A DNA stretch of 64,000 nucleotides from Bradyrhizobium sp. Lineage in GTDB: Bacteria > Pseudomonadota > Alphaproteobacteria > Rhizobiales > Xanthobacteraceae. Under the pieces are notes generated by a model. The model ran no database searches and had not been told where the DNA came from. It was given only the letters and a program-made list of their open reading frames with translations. The stretch spans positions 4,705-68,704 of the forward strand of contig NZ_DAINNI010000020.1 of assembly GCF_036735945.1 (NCBI RefSeq). The letters run 5' to 3'. The first letter of the stretch is position 1. Each line of letters starts with the position of its first letter. Of this stretch, positions 37,128-46,949 are shown in pieces. Position numbers and translations under genes: made by a program.

Positions 37128-38312
37128 TCACGCCCCCGGCAGATCGAGGATGCGCTTGGCGACGATGCCGAGCATCACCTCCGACGTGCCGCCCTCGATC
37201 GAGTTGGCCTTGGTGCGCAGCCAGGCGCGCGGGCGCGCCCCGCCCCTGGAGCGCTCGCTTTCCCATTCCAGCGCATCGATGCCGCCGGCCGACATCAGGA
37301 TTTCATGGCGGCGCTTGTTGAGTTCGGTGCCGTAATATTTCATCGCCGAGGAGAACGCCGGATGCGATTGCCCGGCCTTGGCCAGATCGACGGCGCGCTC
37401 GGCCACGGCCGCGAATGCGGCCTCGTCGACGTCGAACGTCGCGATCTGGCTGCGCAGCATGGCGTCGTCGAGCCGGCCTGAAGCATCGCTGCCGAGCGAG
37501 TCGGCGGCGACCTGCCCGAGCGGACGGCCGATGCCACGCTCTCCGGTGCCCGAGATCATCGCGCGCTCGTGCTGCAGCAGATATTTCGCAACATCCCAGC
37601 CGCGATTAACGGTGCCGACCAGATGCGATTTCGGCACGCGCACATTGTCGAAGAAGGTTTCGCAGAACGGCGAATAGCCGGATATCAGGAGAATCGGCCT
37701 GGTCGACACGCCCTTGGACGCCATGTCGAACAGGATGAAGCTGATGCCGTCATGTTTCTTCGCAGTGGGATCGGTGCGCACCAGACAGAAGATCCAGTCG
37801 GCGTAGTTCGCATAGGAGGTCCAGATCTTCTGGCCGGTGATGACATAGTCGTCGCCGTCGCTTTCGGCGCGGGTCTGCAGCGAGGCGAGGTCCGATCCGG
37901 CGTTCGGCTCGGAATAGCCCTGGCACCAGCGGATCAGGCCGGCGGCGATTTTCGGCAGGTGCTCCTTCTTCTGCGCCTCGTTGCCGTATTTCAGCAGCGC
38001 CGGTCCGAGCATCCAGATGCCGAAGCTCGACAGCGGCGCCCGCGCGCCGATCGCCGACATCTCCTCGCGCAGCACCTTGTGCTCGGCGCGATCGAGCCCG
38101 CCGCCGCCGTATTCCTTCGGCCAATCAGGCACGGTCCAGCCTTTGTCGCGCATCCGCTCGAACCAGAGGCGCTGCGGCTCGGACGAGAATTTTGCGTTGC
38201 GCCCGCCCCAATAGGTGTCGTTCTCCGAGGTCATCGGACGCCGCATCTCCGGCGGGCAATTCGCCTCCAGCCAGGCGCGGGTTTCATGGCGGAATGTTTC
38301 CAGATCGGACAT
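37128..38312 (-). CDS. Acyl-CoA dehydrogenase family protein
   Basis: 'WPKEYGGGG', 'WCQGYSEPNAGSDLASL', 'GQKIWTS', 'SIEGGTSEV'. Likely forms a heteromeric pair with 35842-36993. Confidence 0.92.
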   Translation of the reverse strand: MSDLETFRHETRAWLEANCPPEMRRPMTSENDTYWGGRNAKFSSEPQRLWFERMRDKGWTVPDWPKEYGGGGLDRAEHKVLREEMSAIGARAPLSSFGIWMLGPALLKYGNEAQKKEHLPKIAAGLIRWCQGYSEPNAGSDLASLQTRAESDGDDYVITGQKIWTSYANYADWIFCLVRTDPTAKKHDGISFILFDMASKGVSTRPILLISGYSPFCETFFDNVRVPKSHLVGTVNRGWDVAKYLLQHERAMISGTGERGIGRPLGQVAADSLGSDASGRLDDAMLRSQIATFDVDEAAFAAVAERAVDLAKAGQSHPAFSSAMKYYGTELNKRRHEILMSAGGIDALEWESERSRGGARPRAWLRTKANSIEGGTSEVMLGIVAKRILDLPGA

Positions 38313-38472
38313 TTCAAGCGTTTCCATGTGGGATGTTGCAGATGACCTTAGTCTCCGCGGTACGGATTTCAATAAGCGTCTGACGCCAGCCCTGCGGTGA
38401 CGGCGGTGGTCATGTTGCGGAATCGGGTGTATGCGCAAGGCCGGAACGATTGAAAAACAAGAGGAAACGGGC

Positions 38473-39018
38473 ATGCGGTTGAAGTTGCTTTCGCCTGGCG
38501 AAATGAACGCCGAACAAAAACAGACCTACGACGAGGCGATCGCGGGCAAGCGCGGCGCGCCGCCGGCGCCGATGATGGCCTGGCTCAACAGCCCCGACAT
38601 GGCGCGGCATGCCACGCGGCTCGGCGAGCAGCTCCGCTTCAACACGATCTTCCCCGCAAAACTTTCCGAGATCGCGATCCTGGTCACCGCGCGGCACTGG
38701 ACCTCGCATTACGAGTGGTTCGCGCACAGGCGCCTCGCGCTGAAGGGCGGCATGGACCCCAGGATCATCGAGGATATCAGGGATCGCCGCACGCCGACCT
38801 TCGACGATCCCAAGGGCCGGATGATCTACGATCTCGCCAAGTCGCTGCACGAGGGCAAAGGTGTCTCGCAGGGGCTCTATGATGAAGCCGTAAAGGTGCT
38901 GACCGAACGCGGCGTGGTCGAGGTCATCGGGCTCTGCGGCTATTACACGATGGTGTCGATGACGCTGAATACGTTCGAGTTCGGCTTGCCGGAGGGCGAA
39001 ATTTCCGATCTTGCGTAA
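38473..39018 (+). CDS. Carboxymuconolactone decarboxylase/AhpD-like family protein
   Basis: 'LGEQLRF', 'EIAILVTAR.W.S.YEW.AH', 'GLCGYY..VSMTLN'. Confidence 0.8.
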   Translation: MRLKLLSPGEMNAEQKQTYDEAIAGKRGAPPAPMMAWLNSPDMARHATRLGEQLRFNTIFPAKLSEIAILVTARHWTSHYEWFAHRRLALKGGMDPRIIEDIRDRRTPTFDDPKGRMIYDLAKSLHEGKGVSQGLYDEAVKVLTERGVVEVIGLCGYYTMVSMTLNTFEFGLPEGEISDLA

Positions 39019-39078
39019 CCAGCATCCGTTCCTACGTGTTCCGGACGCGGCGCAGCGCACCTTCCAAGCGGAGAAATC

Positions 39079-39573
39079 ATGCCCCAGAATCCTCCCGTCA
39101 TATCAGGCACCCGCATCGGGCATGTTCATCTCAAGGTCGCCGACCTCGAGCGCGCGCTCGGCTTCTATTGCGGTGTGCTCGGCTTTGAGGTGATGCAGCG
39201 GATGGGCTCCGGTGCTGCCTTCATTTCGGCCGGCGGCTACCATCACCATATCGGCCTCAACACCTGGGAAAGCAAAGGCGGCCATCCACCGCCGCCTGGC
39301 GCCACCGGGCTGTTTCACACCGCGATCGTCTATCCGACACGCGCCGCGCTGGCGGATGCGCTGCATCGCCTGATCGAGGCCGGCATCGAGCTCGACGGCG
39401 CCAGCGACCACGGCGTCAGCGAGGCGCTGTACTTGCGCGATCCCGACCAGAACGGCGTCGAACTGTATCGCGACCGGCCGAAGGAGGAATGGCCGCGCGC
39501 GGCGGATGGATCGCTCGCGATGTTCACGAAACGGCTGGATCTGGAGGATTTGCTGAGAGCGCGGGAGGCGTAA
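39079..39573 (+). CDS. VOC/glyoxalase family protein
   Basis: 'IGHVHLKVADL', 'GGYHHHIGLNTW', 'GLFHTA', 'DHGVSEALYLRDPDQNGVE'. Confidence 0.88.
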   Translation: MPQNPPVISGTRIGHVHLKVADLERALGFYCGVLGFEVMQRMGSGAAFISAGGYHHHIGLNTWESKGGHPPPPGATGLFHTAIVYPTRAALADALHRLIEAGIELDGASDHGVSEALYLRDPDQNGVELYRDRPKEEWPRAADGSLAMFTKRLDLEDLLRAREA

Positions 39574-39577
39574 TACA

Positions 39578-39665
39578 CGTAGCCCGGATGCAGCGCAGCG
39601 CAATCCGGGATCGGCCTATCCGAACGCGAGATTCCCGGATTTCGCTGCGCTCCATCCGGGCTACG
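39578..39665. repeat. GTAG-family REP doublet
   Basis: CGTAGCCCGGATG.AGCGCAGCG.AATCCGGGA ... TCCCGGATTTCGCTGCGCTCCATCCGGGCTACG. Its right end supplies the stop codon of the MFS gene. Confidence 0.85.
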
Positions 39666-40929
39666 CCTTCTTGGTGTGGCGCCCCCGCACCATGATCAGC
39701 ACCGCGGCCGTCAATTCCACCGCGATGCAGCCGTAAAACGGCAGTGAATAGCTGCCGGAGAGATCGCGCAGCAGGCCGACGACGCCTGGGCCGAACGCGT
39801 AGGTGATCTGATTGATCGCCGTGATGAGACTCACCAGTACGCCGAAGGAACGCGGATCGAACTCGCGCTGCACGATCAGCGCCGGCAGCGTGATCAGATT
39901 GCCGACGGAAAACCCGAACAGCGCGCAGGCTGCGATCAGGGCGTAATCATTGTGCACATTGATGATGATCAGCAGCGCGAACGCCTGGCTGACGAAGGAG
40001 AGCGAGGAAGCCAGCCGCTGGTTCATCCGGTCGATCACGAAGGAGAACAGCACCCGGCCGACCACCGCCATGGCGGTCAATAGCGCCACCGCGATTGCGG
40101 CCCGTTCACGGCTGATCACCGAATCCAGGAACGAGATCAGGTGCACGATGAAACCGACCTGCGCGAACAGCACCAGCGCGAACGCCGACGACACCGAGAG
40201 GAAGCCGATATCGCGAAACGCGCGCGCGCGGATTTGCGCCGGCGACGGCGCATCGGCGGCGTCGACCGCGCCGCTGCTGGCAAGAACCGGCGGCCGTCCG
40301 ACGCACAGCAGGACCACCGGCACCATCAGCACGACCATCACCACAGCCGACACGGTCATCCCGCGGGAAAAGCCGAAATGGCCGATCGCCGCGAGCAGCA
40401 GCGGCGTGCCGACGATGCCGCCGAAACTCGCGCCGTTCAGCGCCAGGCTGATCGCCATGCCGCGCTTTTTGTCGAACCACAGACCGAGCGTATTCGTAAT
40501 CATGCCGAGACTGGTTCCGGCCCAGCCGAAGGCGAGCAAGGCATTGGCAAGATAGAGCTGCCACGGCTCGCGCACCTGACCGATCGAGATCGCGGCCAGC
40601 GCCATCGTGCATGTGCCCGCGATCATGCAATTCCGGGGGCCGACTGCCTTGATGGCCTCGCTGATGAAGGCGACCAGCGCCGCACCGGACAAATAGAAGA
40701 AAGTCGTTCCCGCCGAGATCAGCGACGCCGGCCAGCCGTGCAGCCGCTGCAGTTCGGCGACATAGACGCTCTGGCCATAGAAGCCGAACCCCCAGCCGAA
40801 CGTCGCCAGCATGAAGCAGACGACGACAATGCGCCAGCCGTCGTAGCGGAGCGAGGTTTCGTCGATTGGGGTGTAGTTGCGAGCGTCCAAGGGGTATCTC
40901 TTCCTGGCTGGTGCGTCATCGTTCGGCAC
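39661..40929 (-). CDS. MFS transporter
   Basis: About 12 hydrophobic segments, 'WFDKKRGMA'. An alternative TTG start near 40890 is possible. Confidence 0.88.
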   Translation of the reverse strand: MPNDDAPARKRYPLDARNYTPIDETSLRYDGWRIVVVCFMLATFGWGFGFYGQSVYVAELQRLHGWPASLISAGTTFFYLSGAALVAFISEAIKAVGPRNCMIAGTCTMALAAISIGQVREPWQLYLANALLAFGWAGTSLGMITNTLGLWFDKKRGMAISLALNGASFGGIVGTPLLLAAIGHFGFSRGMTVSAVVMVVLMVPVVLLCVGRPPVLASSGAVDAADAPSPAQIRARAFRDIGFLSVSSAFALVLFAQVGFIVHLISFLDSVISRERAAIAVALLTAMAVVGRVLFSFVIDRMNQRLASSLSFVSQAFALLIIINVHNDYALIAACALFGFSVGNLITLPALIVQREFDPRSFGVLVSLITAINQITYAFGPGVVGLLRDLSGSYSLPFYGCIAVELTAAVLIMVRGRHTKKA

Positions 40930-41049
40930 ATGTCGGCAACAGCAAACAGACCTGCAAGGGCGATCAATTCGACGGACGCCGAACTGTCAGCAGATGGCAG
41001 CTAGGCCGCCGGTTTCGACGGATCGTAGAAGAAGCGATAGCTACTGGCA

Positions 41050-42294
41050 TTAGGCGCCGGGATCGGGAATTTCGTCAACCGCGCGCAATTTCGCCCGGCG
41101 CCTCGCGAACGACGCAAACGACAGCACGGCCAGCCCGAGCAGCACCGGCGGGAACACCACCATGTTGACCATCGACCAGCCGTAATGCGCCAGCAACTGG
41201 CCGGACGAGAACGATCCGATCGCCATCATTCCGAACACCAGGAAATCATTGAACGCCTGCACCTTGTTGCGCTCCTGCGGCCGGTGCGTCTCCAGCACCA
41301 GCGCGGACGCGCCGATGAAGGCGAAATTCCAGCCGACGCCGAGCACGATCAGCGTCGCCCAGAAATGCATCGCGGTGATGCCGGAAAGGCCGATGCCTGC
41401 CGCGGCAGCTTCCAGCACCAGGCCGAGCGCGACGATGGTGGGCGCGCCGAAGCGCGCGATCAGCGAGCCCGTGAAGAAACTCGGGCCGTACATCGCCACG
41501 ATGTGCCACTGGATACCGAAATTGGAATCGCTGACGGTCAGCCCGCACATCTTCATGGCGAGCGGCGCGGAGGTCATGACGAGGTTCATCATCGGGTAAG
41601 CGATCACCCCGCACAGCGCCGCCGCGATGAAGCGCGGCTGCCGCGCGATCTCGAGCAGCGGCCGGCCGCCATGCAGGTCGGACGGCGCAGGCTTTGGCGC
41701 ATCGACGCCCGCGAGCACCGCCATCGCAATGAGCGCGACGAAGGCCTGCACCACGAAACTGAACGCAAACAGATAGGGCGGCCAGATATCCATGGTCCAC
41801 TGCACGAGCTGCGGACCGAGCACGCCGGCGAACACGCCGCCCGCCATCACCCAGGACAGCGCCTTGGGACGGAACGCGGCGCTGGCGCCGTCGGCGGCGG
41901 CAAAGCGATAGGACTGCGCGACCGCGCCATAGAGCCCGCCGAGGAACGTCGCCCCGCAGAACAGCCAGAAATGGGCGTAAAGTACGGCTAGAGCGGCGAG
42001 CACGCCGGTCAACATGCCGCAGAACGTACCGATGATGAAGGCGGTGCGGCGGCCATAGACGCGCGAGATCGCGCCGGTCGGCAGCGTGCCGGCGGCGAGC
42101 CCCAGCACATACATCGAGAGCGGCACGGTCGCGAGCGAGATGGACGGCGCCAGCGTGGCGCCGACGATCGAGCCGGTAGCGAAGATGACGGCCGAGTTGG
42201 CGCCGGTCAGCGCCTGCGCCGCGGCAAGCCGCAGCACATTGCCGCGCGCACGGGCGTCATTGGCGATCTCTTCGGTGGCAGTCCTATCCAGCAT
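41050..42294 (-). CDS. MFS transporter
   Basis: About 12 TM segments, 'YRFAAAD', 'MTSAPLAM', 'IQWHIVAMYGPSFFTG', 'GWNF.FIG'. Confidence 0.88.
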   Translation of the reverse strand: MLDRTATEEIANDARARGNVLRLAAAQALTGANSAVIFATGSIVGATLAPSISLATVPLSMYVLGLAAGTLPTGAISRVYGRRTAFIIGTFCGMLTGVLAALAVLYAHFWLFCGATFLGGLYGAVAQSYRFAAADGASAAFRPKALSWVMAGGVFAGVLGPQLVQWTMDIWPPYLFAFSFVVQAFVALIAMAVLAGVDAPKPAPSDLHGGRPLLEIARQPRFIAAALCGVIAYPMMNLVMTSAPLAMKMCGLTVSDSNFGIQWHIVAMYGPSFFTGSLIARFGAPTIVALGLVLEAAAAGIGLSGITAMHFWATLIVLGVGWNFAFIGASALVLETHRPQERNKVQAFNDFLVFGMMAIGSFSSGQLLAHYGWSMVNMVVFPPVLLGLAVLSFASFARRRAKLRAVDEIPDPGA

Positions 42295-42435
42295 CGGCCT
42301 TCCCGCCCGGCAGGCTCCCGGCGGGATGCCTTGTCGATTCATTGCGCAGCACTATGGAGAGGCCGGGCGATGCGATCAACCGCCGCAAACGGGCGCGCGC
42401 CATGCGTCCGCGTCTGGTTGGATAGAACCGATGGC

Positions 42436-43119
42436 CTATGCCCTGGTTGCTCGCCCGAACACCAGAATCATGTTGTTGGCGGGCATCGGCACGGTTTCGA
42501 TCAACGCAAGGCCCACGCCTGCGGCGAGTTTCTCGACATCGGCGATGTCGCGCACGCCCCACTCGGCGTCCTGCTCGCGCAGGCTGGTGTCGAATACCGC
42601 ATTGCTCATCGCGGTATGCCTGCCGTCGCGCTTGAACGGGCCATAGAGGAACAGCCGCCCGTCGGCGCTGAGATAGCGGCCGGCGCCGGCGAACAGGCCC
42701 TCGGCAACGCGCCAGGGCGCGATGTGGATGACATTGGCGCAGAACACCGCCCGCAGTTCAGCGGGACCGCTGCCGTCATGCATCTGAGGACACCAGGCGG
42801 GATCGGAAAGATCGATCCGCAGCGGCGGCCGGATATTCGTCAGGCCGGTATACGCGCGCCACGCCTCGATGCTCCTGAGATGGTTCTCGTTGAGATCGCT
42901 CGGCCACCAGATGATACCGGGCGCATGCTTCGCAAAATGCACGACATGCTGTCCGGTGCCGCTGCCGACTTCCACGACATCGCCGGTTTTGCCGGCCAGA
43001 AATTTCTGCAGCACCGCCCAGATCGGCTCATGATTGCGATGAAACGCAGCCGCGTCCAGCCGCCCGTCGGGCTCGACCGGCCGGCCATCCTTGCCGAACT
43101 CCACCACGTACTCGGCCAT
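42436..43119 (-). CDS. DUF938 family class I SAM-dependent methyltransferase
   Basis: 'RNHEPI', 'VEVGSGTGQH', 'W.PSD', 'NVIHIAPW', 'LYGPF', 'SNAVFD.SLR', 'WGVRD', 'MPANN'. Confidence 0.88.
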   Translation of the reverse strand: MAEYVVEFGKDGRPVEPDGRLDAAAFHRNHEPIWAVLQKFLAGKTGDVVEVGSGTGQHVVHFAKHAPGIIWWPSDLNENHLRSIEAWRAYTGLTNIRPPLRIDLSDPAWCPQMHDGSGPAELRAVFCANVIHIAPWRVAEGLFAGAGRYLSADGRLFLYGPFKRDGRHTAMSNAVFDTSLREQDAEWGVRDIADVEKLAAGVGLALIETVPMPANNMILVFGRATRA

Positions 43120-43167
43120 CGCCGCCTCGCCTGAATTTCCTTGCGGGTTTCACAAACCCCGAAGACG

Positions 43168-43533
43168 CTACTTCAGTTCGCCGCAATAGATATCCTTCAG
43201 CACCTGCAGCAGGCGCAACGCGCGCGCATCAGCCACCCGATAATGCAGCGTCTGCGACGTCCGGCGGAACTCGACCAGCCCATCGGCGCGCAGTTTCGCG
43301 AGATGCTGCGATAAGGCCGACTGGCTCAGCTTCGCCACGTCGACGAGTTCGCCGACGGTCATCTCGCCGCGCACGGCGAGAAAGCACAGCACGAGCAGGC
43401 GCGTTTCATTGGCGAGCATTTTCAATAGTTGCGCGGCCTCGCCCGCCTGCTTCGCCAGCTTCTTCAACGCCGCCGCATCGCCGGCGCCGGGGACGAACTG
43501 CGTCTTTTTGGCTGCCGCTGCGGCTGCTCTCAT
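43168..43533 (-). CDS. ArsR/SmtB regulator of the SqrR/BigR/SoxR (sulfane-sulfur sensing) type
   Basis: 'LKMLANETRLLVLC.L...SQSALSQHLAKLR...LKDIYC' with the two characteristic cysteines; divergent from soxC. Confidence 0.85.
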   Translation of the reverse strand: MRAAAAAAKKTQFVPGAGDAAALKKLAKQAGEAAQLLKMLANETRLLVLCFLAVRGEMTVGELVDVAKLSQSALSQHLAKLRADGLVEFRRTSQTLHYRVADARALRLLQVLKDIYCGELK

Positions 43534-43604
43534 GGCGTAAAATCCAGCTGTTTTCGGTATCCGCGAAGCACGGCCGGTACACTAGCGTCACATCATTGCT
43601 TTAG

Positions 43605-43625
43605 CATTGACTAAATTAGTGAATG
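43605..43625. promoter_or_regulatory. AT-rich palindrome, candidate ArsR operator
   Basis: CATT-G-ACTAA-A-TTAGT-G-AATG in the divergent arsR/soxC intergenic region. Confidence 0.5.
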
Positions 43626-43686
43626 TGGATACCGCTTCAAAAAAGCAAGAAATGATGCGGCGAAGCTGCCGCGGAGGGAAGAAAAC

Positions 43687-44994
43687 GTGCGGCCTTATCC
43701 GTTACGCAGCAAAGCTGTTCTCTCTGATCTTGCCGGCGCCGACGCGCCTGTCGCGCGACGCAGCTTTCTCAAGCTGGGCGCGGCACTGACCGGCGGCCTC
43801 GCCCTTGGCAAAAATTCCGCCGTCGCTGAAGCATCGCAAGCATCGCCGCCCGCGGACGCGCCATGGTCGCAGTCGATGGGCGCGGGCGTGGTCGACCGGC
43901 CCTACGGGCGGCCGGCGGATAGCGAAGCCTCCGTGATCCGCCGCAACGTCCCCTGGCTCACTGCCAGCATGGAATCCTCGGTCAGCTTTTCGCCGCTGCA
44001 GGATTTGCACGGCATCGTCACGCCGAACGGGCTGTTCTTCGAGCGCCACCATGCGGGCCGTCCCGACGTCGATCCGGCGCAGCACAGGCTCATGATCCAC
44101 GGGCTGGTGGAGCGGCCGCTGCTGCTGACCATGAAGGACATCCTGCGCTTCCCGCAGACCACGCGCATTCACTTCATCGAATGTCCGGCCAATGGCGGCA
44201 TGAACTGGCGCGCCGCGCAGATGAATTCGCTGCAGTTCAGCCACGGCATGGTCAGTTGCGCCGAGTGGACCGGCGTGAGGCTGTCGACGCTGCTGGAAGA
44301 GACCGGGATCAAGAAGGAAGCGAAGTGGGCGATGGTCGAAGGCGCCGACGGCGCGCATATGAACCGCAGCCTGCCGCTCGACAAATGCCTCGACGATTGC
44401 CTCGTCGTGTATGCGCAGAACGGCGAGGCGCTGCGGCCCGAACAGGGCTATCCGCTGCGGCTCGTGGTGCCGGGCTGGGAAGGCAACGTCAACATCAAAT
44501 GGCTGCGCCGGATCAAGCTCGGCGAGAAGCCGTGGCACACCCGCGAGGAAACCTCGAAATATACCGACCTGATGCCCGACGGCACCTCGCGCGGCTTCAC
44601 CTGGCTGATGGACGCGAAATCCGTCGTCACCTTTCCTTGTCCCGAGAAGCCGCTCGACGGGCCCGGCCTCTATGAGATCAGAGGCCTGGCCTGGACCGGC
44701 AACGGCAAGGTGAAGCGCGTCGATGTCTCCGTCGACGGCGGCGTCACCTGGCAGGCCGCGCGGTTGCACGAACCGGTGCTGTCGAAAGCGCTGACCAAAT
44801 TCACGCTGCCCTGGCGCTGGGACGGCCGCCCGGCGCTGGTCGCATCCCGCGTCATCGACGAGGCGGGTTACGTCCAGCCGACGATTACGCAACTGCGGGC
44901 GCAGCGCGGCTCGAACTCGGTCTACCACAACAATTCGATCCAGACCTGGCAGGTCAAGCCTGACGGAAGCGTCTTCAATGTTCAGCTCGCGTAA
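43687..44994 (+). CDS. soxC: Sulfane dehydrogenase molybdoprotein subunit SoxC
   Basis: Tat signal 'ARRSFLK', 'TPNGLFFERHH', 'FIECPANG', 'NGEALRPEQGYPLRL', 'YHNNSIQTW'; GTG start. Confidence 0.92.
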   Translation: MRPYPLRSKAVLSDLAGADAPVARRSFLKLGAALTGGLALGKNSAVAEASQASPPADAPWSQSMGAGVVDRPYGRPADSEASVIRRNVPWLTASMESSVSFSPLQDLHGIVTPNGLFFERHHAGRPDVDPAQHRLMIHGLVERPLLLTMKDILRFPQTTRIHFIECPANGGMNWRAAQMNSLQFSHGMVSCAEWTGVRLSTLLEETGIKKEAKWAMVEGADGAHMNRSLPLDKCLDDCLVVYAQNGEALRPEQGYPLRLVVPGWEGNVNIKWLRRIKLGEKPWHTREETSKYTDLMPDGTSRGFTWLMDAKSVVTFPCPEKPLDGPGLYEIRGLAWTGNGKVKRVDVSVDGGVTWQAARLHEPVLSKALTKFTLPWRWDGRPALVASRVIDEAGYVQPTITQLRAQRGSNSVYHNNSIQTWQVKPDGSVFNVQLA

Positions 44995-45649
44995 GATTGG
45001 CCCGCCGGTCCTCGCCCTGCTGCTCGCGGCGGGAAGCCTCGCGCACGCGGCCGAGCCCGGTTCGTTCGGTTACGGCACGGCGGCGACACAAGCACAGATT
45101 GCCGGATGGGACATCGACGTGCGCGGCGAGGACGGCGCGGGCCTGCCGCCGGGCAAGGGCACGGTCAACCGGGGCGCGGACGTCTACGCCGAGCAATGCG
45201 CGGCCTGCCATGGAACTTTCGGCGAAGGCGAAGGCCGTTTTCCCAAGCTGGTGGGGGGCGCCGGATCGCTCCGGGACGATCGTCCGGAGCCGACGGTCGG
45301 CAGCTACTGGCCGTTCGCCCCGACCCTCTGGGACTATATTAACCGCGCCATGCCGATGCCCGCGCCGCACACATTGTCAGCGGATGACGTTTATGCTTTG
45401 ACCGCCTATATTCTGAACCTGAATGACCTCGTTCCCCCTGAATTCGTTGCGGATCGCAACAGTTTGCCGAAAGTGAAAATGCGTAACCGCGACAGCTTCA
45501 TCTGGACCGATCCGCGGCCCGACACGGCGGCCAGGGCTTGCATGAATGGCTGCGCTGATACCGGCGATGTCAGGATGTCGTCGACGGCGGAGGGCAGGGA
45601 CCTGACGCCACGCACCACCGGCCCGCTGGATACGATGCAACCCAAATAG
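44978..45649 (+). CDS. soxD: SoxD cytochrome c (monoheme)
   Basis: 'WDIDVR..G.GLP.G.G', CAACH, 'TVGSYWP', 'DYINRAMP'. Confidence 0.88.
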   Translation: MFSSRKIGPPVLALLLAAGSLAHAAEPGSFGYGTAATQAQIAGWDIDVRGEDGAGLPPGKGTVNRGADVYAEQCAACHGTFGEGEGRFPKLVGGAGSLRDDRPEPTVGSYWPFAPTLWDYINRAMPMPAPHTLSADDVYALTAYILNLNDLVPPEFVADRNSLPKVKMRNRDSFIWTDPRPDTAARACMNGCADTGDVRMSSTAEGRDLTPRTTGPLDTMQPK

Positions 45650-45651
45650 AA

Positions 45652-46035
45652 ATGACGGAAACGCCCGTGATCGATCCCTTCAAGACCATGCCCAAGAGGT
45701 TCGCGGCCTTCGCGCTGGCGCTGGCGATCGGCGCGTTGGTTTGCACCGGTGCGCAGGCGCAGTCGGCGGTGGACGAGGGCCGCAAGCTCGCCTTCGACCG
45801 CGGCAAGGGCAACTGCCTGACCTGCCACGTCATCAAGGGCGGTGACCTGCCCGGCACGATCGGGCCCGAACTGGTCGGCATCAAGAGCAAGTATCCCAAG
45901 CGCGAGGACCTTGTCGCCATCATCAACGACGAAACCGCGCGCAACCCGCTGACCGTGATGCCGCCGTTTGGCCGCAACCGGATCCTGACCGAAAAGGAAA
46001 TCAACGCGGTGGTCGATTTCCTGCAGACCCTTTGA
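45652..46035 (+). CDS. soxX: SoxX cytochrome c
   Basis: 'KGNCLTCH', 'GTIGPEL', 'TVMPPFG'. Start may be at 45688. Confidence 0.9.
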   Translation: MTETPVIDPFKTMPKRFAAFALALAIGALVCTGAQAQSAVDEGRKLAFDRGKGNCLTCHVIKGGDLPGTIGPELVGIKSKYPKREDLVAIINDETARNPLTVMPPFGRNRILTEKEINAVVDFLQTL

Positions 46036-46067
46036 CCGCGGCGCACGCCGCAGGAGATTTTCTTCAG

Positions 46068-46562
46068 ATGAGCACCATGGACAACGATTTTTCGGCGACG
46101 CGGCGGCTGATCCTGAAAGGCGCCGGCGTGCTGACGCTGGTCGGGCTCGGCATCGTTCCGCTCGACCTCTCAAGCGCATTCGCAGCCGCCAACGACAAAT
46201 ATCCGGAAGAGGCGTTCAAGCAGAAGAGCGACGCCGACGTCATCAAGACGCTCTACGGCAAGACCGCCGAGCCTTCGGACAAGGTGAAGATGGATGCGCC
46301 CGAAATCGCCGAGAACGGCGCCGTGGTGCCGATCTCGGTCTCGACCACGCTTGCCGACGTCACCTCGATCGCGTTCCTCGTCAGCGAGAATCCGAACGTG
46401 CTGATCGCAAAATACAACATTCCCGCCGGCACCCTGCCGAGCGTCGCCAACCGCATCAAGATGGCCAAGACCAGCAACGTGACCGTGCTGGTGGAGGCCG
46501 GCGGCAAGCTCTACAGCGCCACCAAGGAAGTCAAGGTCACCGTCGGCGGCTGCGGCGGTTAG
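46068..46562 (+). CDS. soxY: Sulfur carrier protein SoxY
   Basis: Tat-like 'TRRLILK', 'APEIAENGAVVP', C-terminal swinging arm VKVTVGGCGG. Confidence 0.95.
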   Translation: MSTMDNDFSATRRLILKGAGVLTLVGLGIVPLDLSSAFAAANDKYPEEAFKQKSDADVIKTLYGKTAEPSDKVKMDAPEIAENGAVVPISVSTTLADVTSIAFLVSENPNVLIAKYNIPAGTLPSVANRIKMAKTSNVTVLVEAGGKLYSATKEVKVTVGGCGG

Positions 46563-46610
46563 CGCATGATCCGGAAAAGTGGGCACCGGTTTTCCGGCAA
46601 GATCATGCGC
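46562..46610. repeat. Rhizobial intergenic palindromic repeat (RIME/REP-like) between soxY and soxZ
   Basis: GCGCATGATCCGGAAAA-GTGGGCACCGG-TTTTCCGGCAAGATCATGCGC. Confidence 0.75.
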
Positions 46611-46637
46611 CAAATAACAGGTTAAGGGAGAACCCAC

Positions 46638-46949
46638 ATGGCATCCACCATACGCGTGCGCGCCACTTCGAGCGGCGAGACCACCGAGGTGCAGGCGCTG
46701 ATCCAGCACCCGATGGATTCCGGCTTCGTGAAGGATTCGAAAGGCGAACTGATTCCGCCGCACTTCATCCAGCAGCTCACCTTCGAGCATGACGGCAAGG
46801 CCGTCTTCACCGCCGACTGGGGCGGCGGCGTCTCCAAGGACCCCTACGTCAAGTTCGCCTTCAAGGGCGGCAAGAAGGGCGATGATCTCAAGATCAACTG
46901 GGTCGACAACAAGGGCGCAACCGACACCACCACGGCGAAGATCCAATGA
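46638..46949 (+). CDS. soxZ: Sulfur carrier protein SoxZ
   Basis: 'LIQHPMDSG..KD..G..IP.HFI', 'VSKDPY..F', 'W.DNKG'. Confidence 0.95.
   Translation: MASTIRVRATSSGETTEVQALIQHPMDSGFVKDSKGELIPPHFIQQLTFEHDGKAVFTADWGGGVSKDPYVKFAFKGGKKGDDLKINWVDNKGATDTTTAKIQ

Noticed and set aside
39037..39060. Short REP-like fragment GTGTTCCGGACGCGGCGCAGCGCA
   Set aside because: No partner arm; too short to call as an element.
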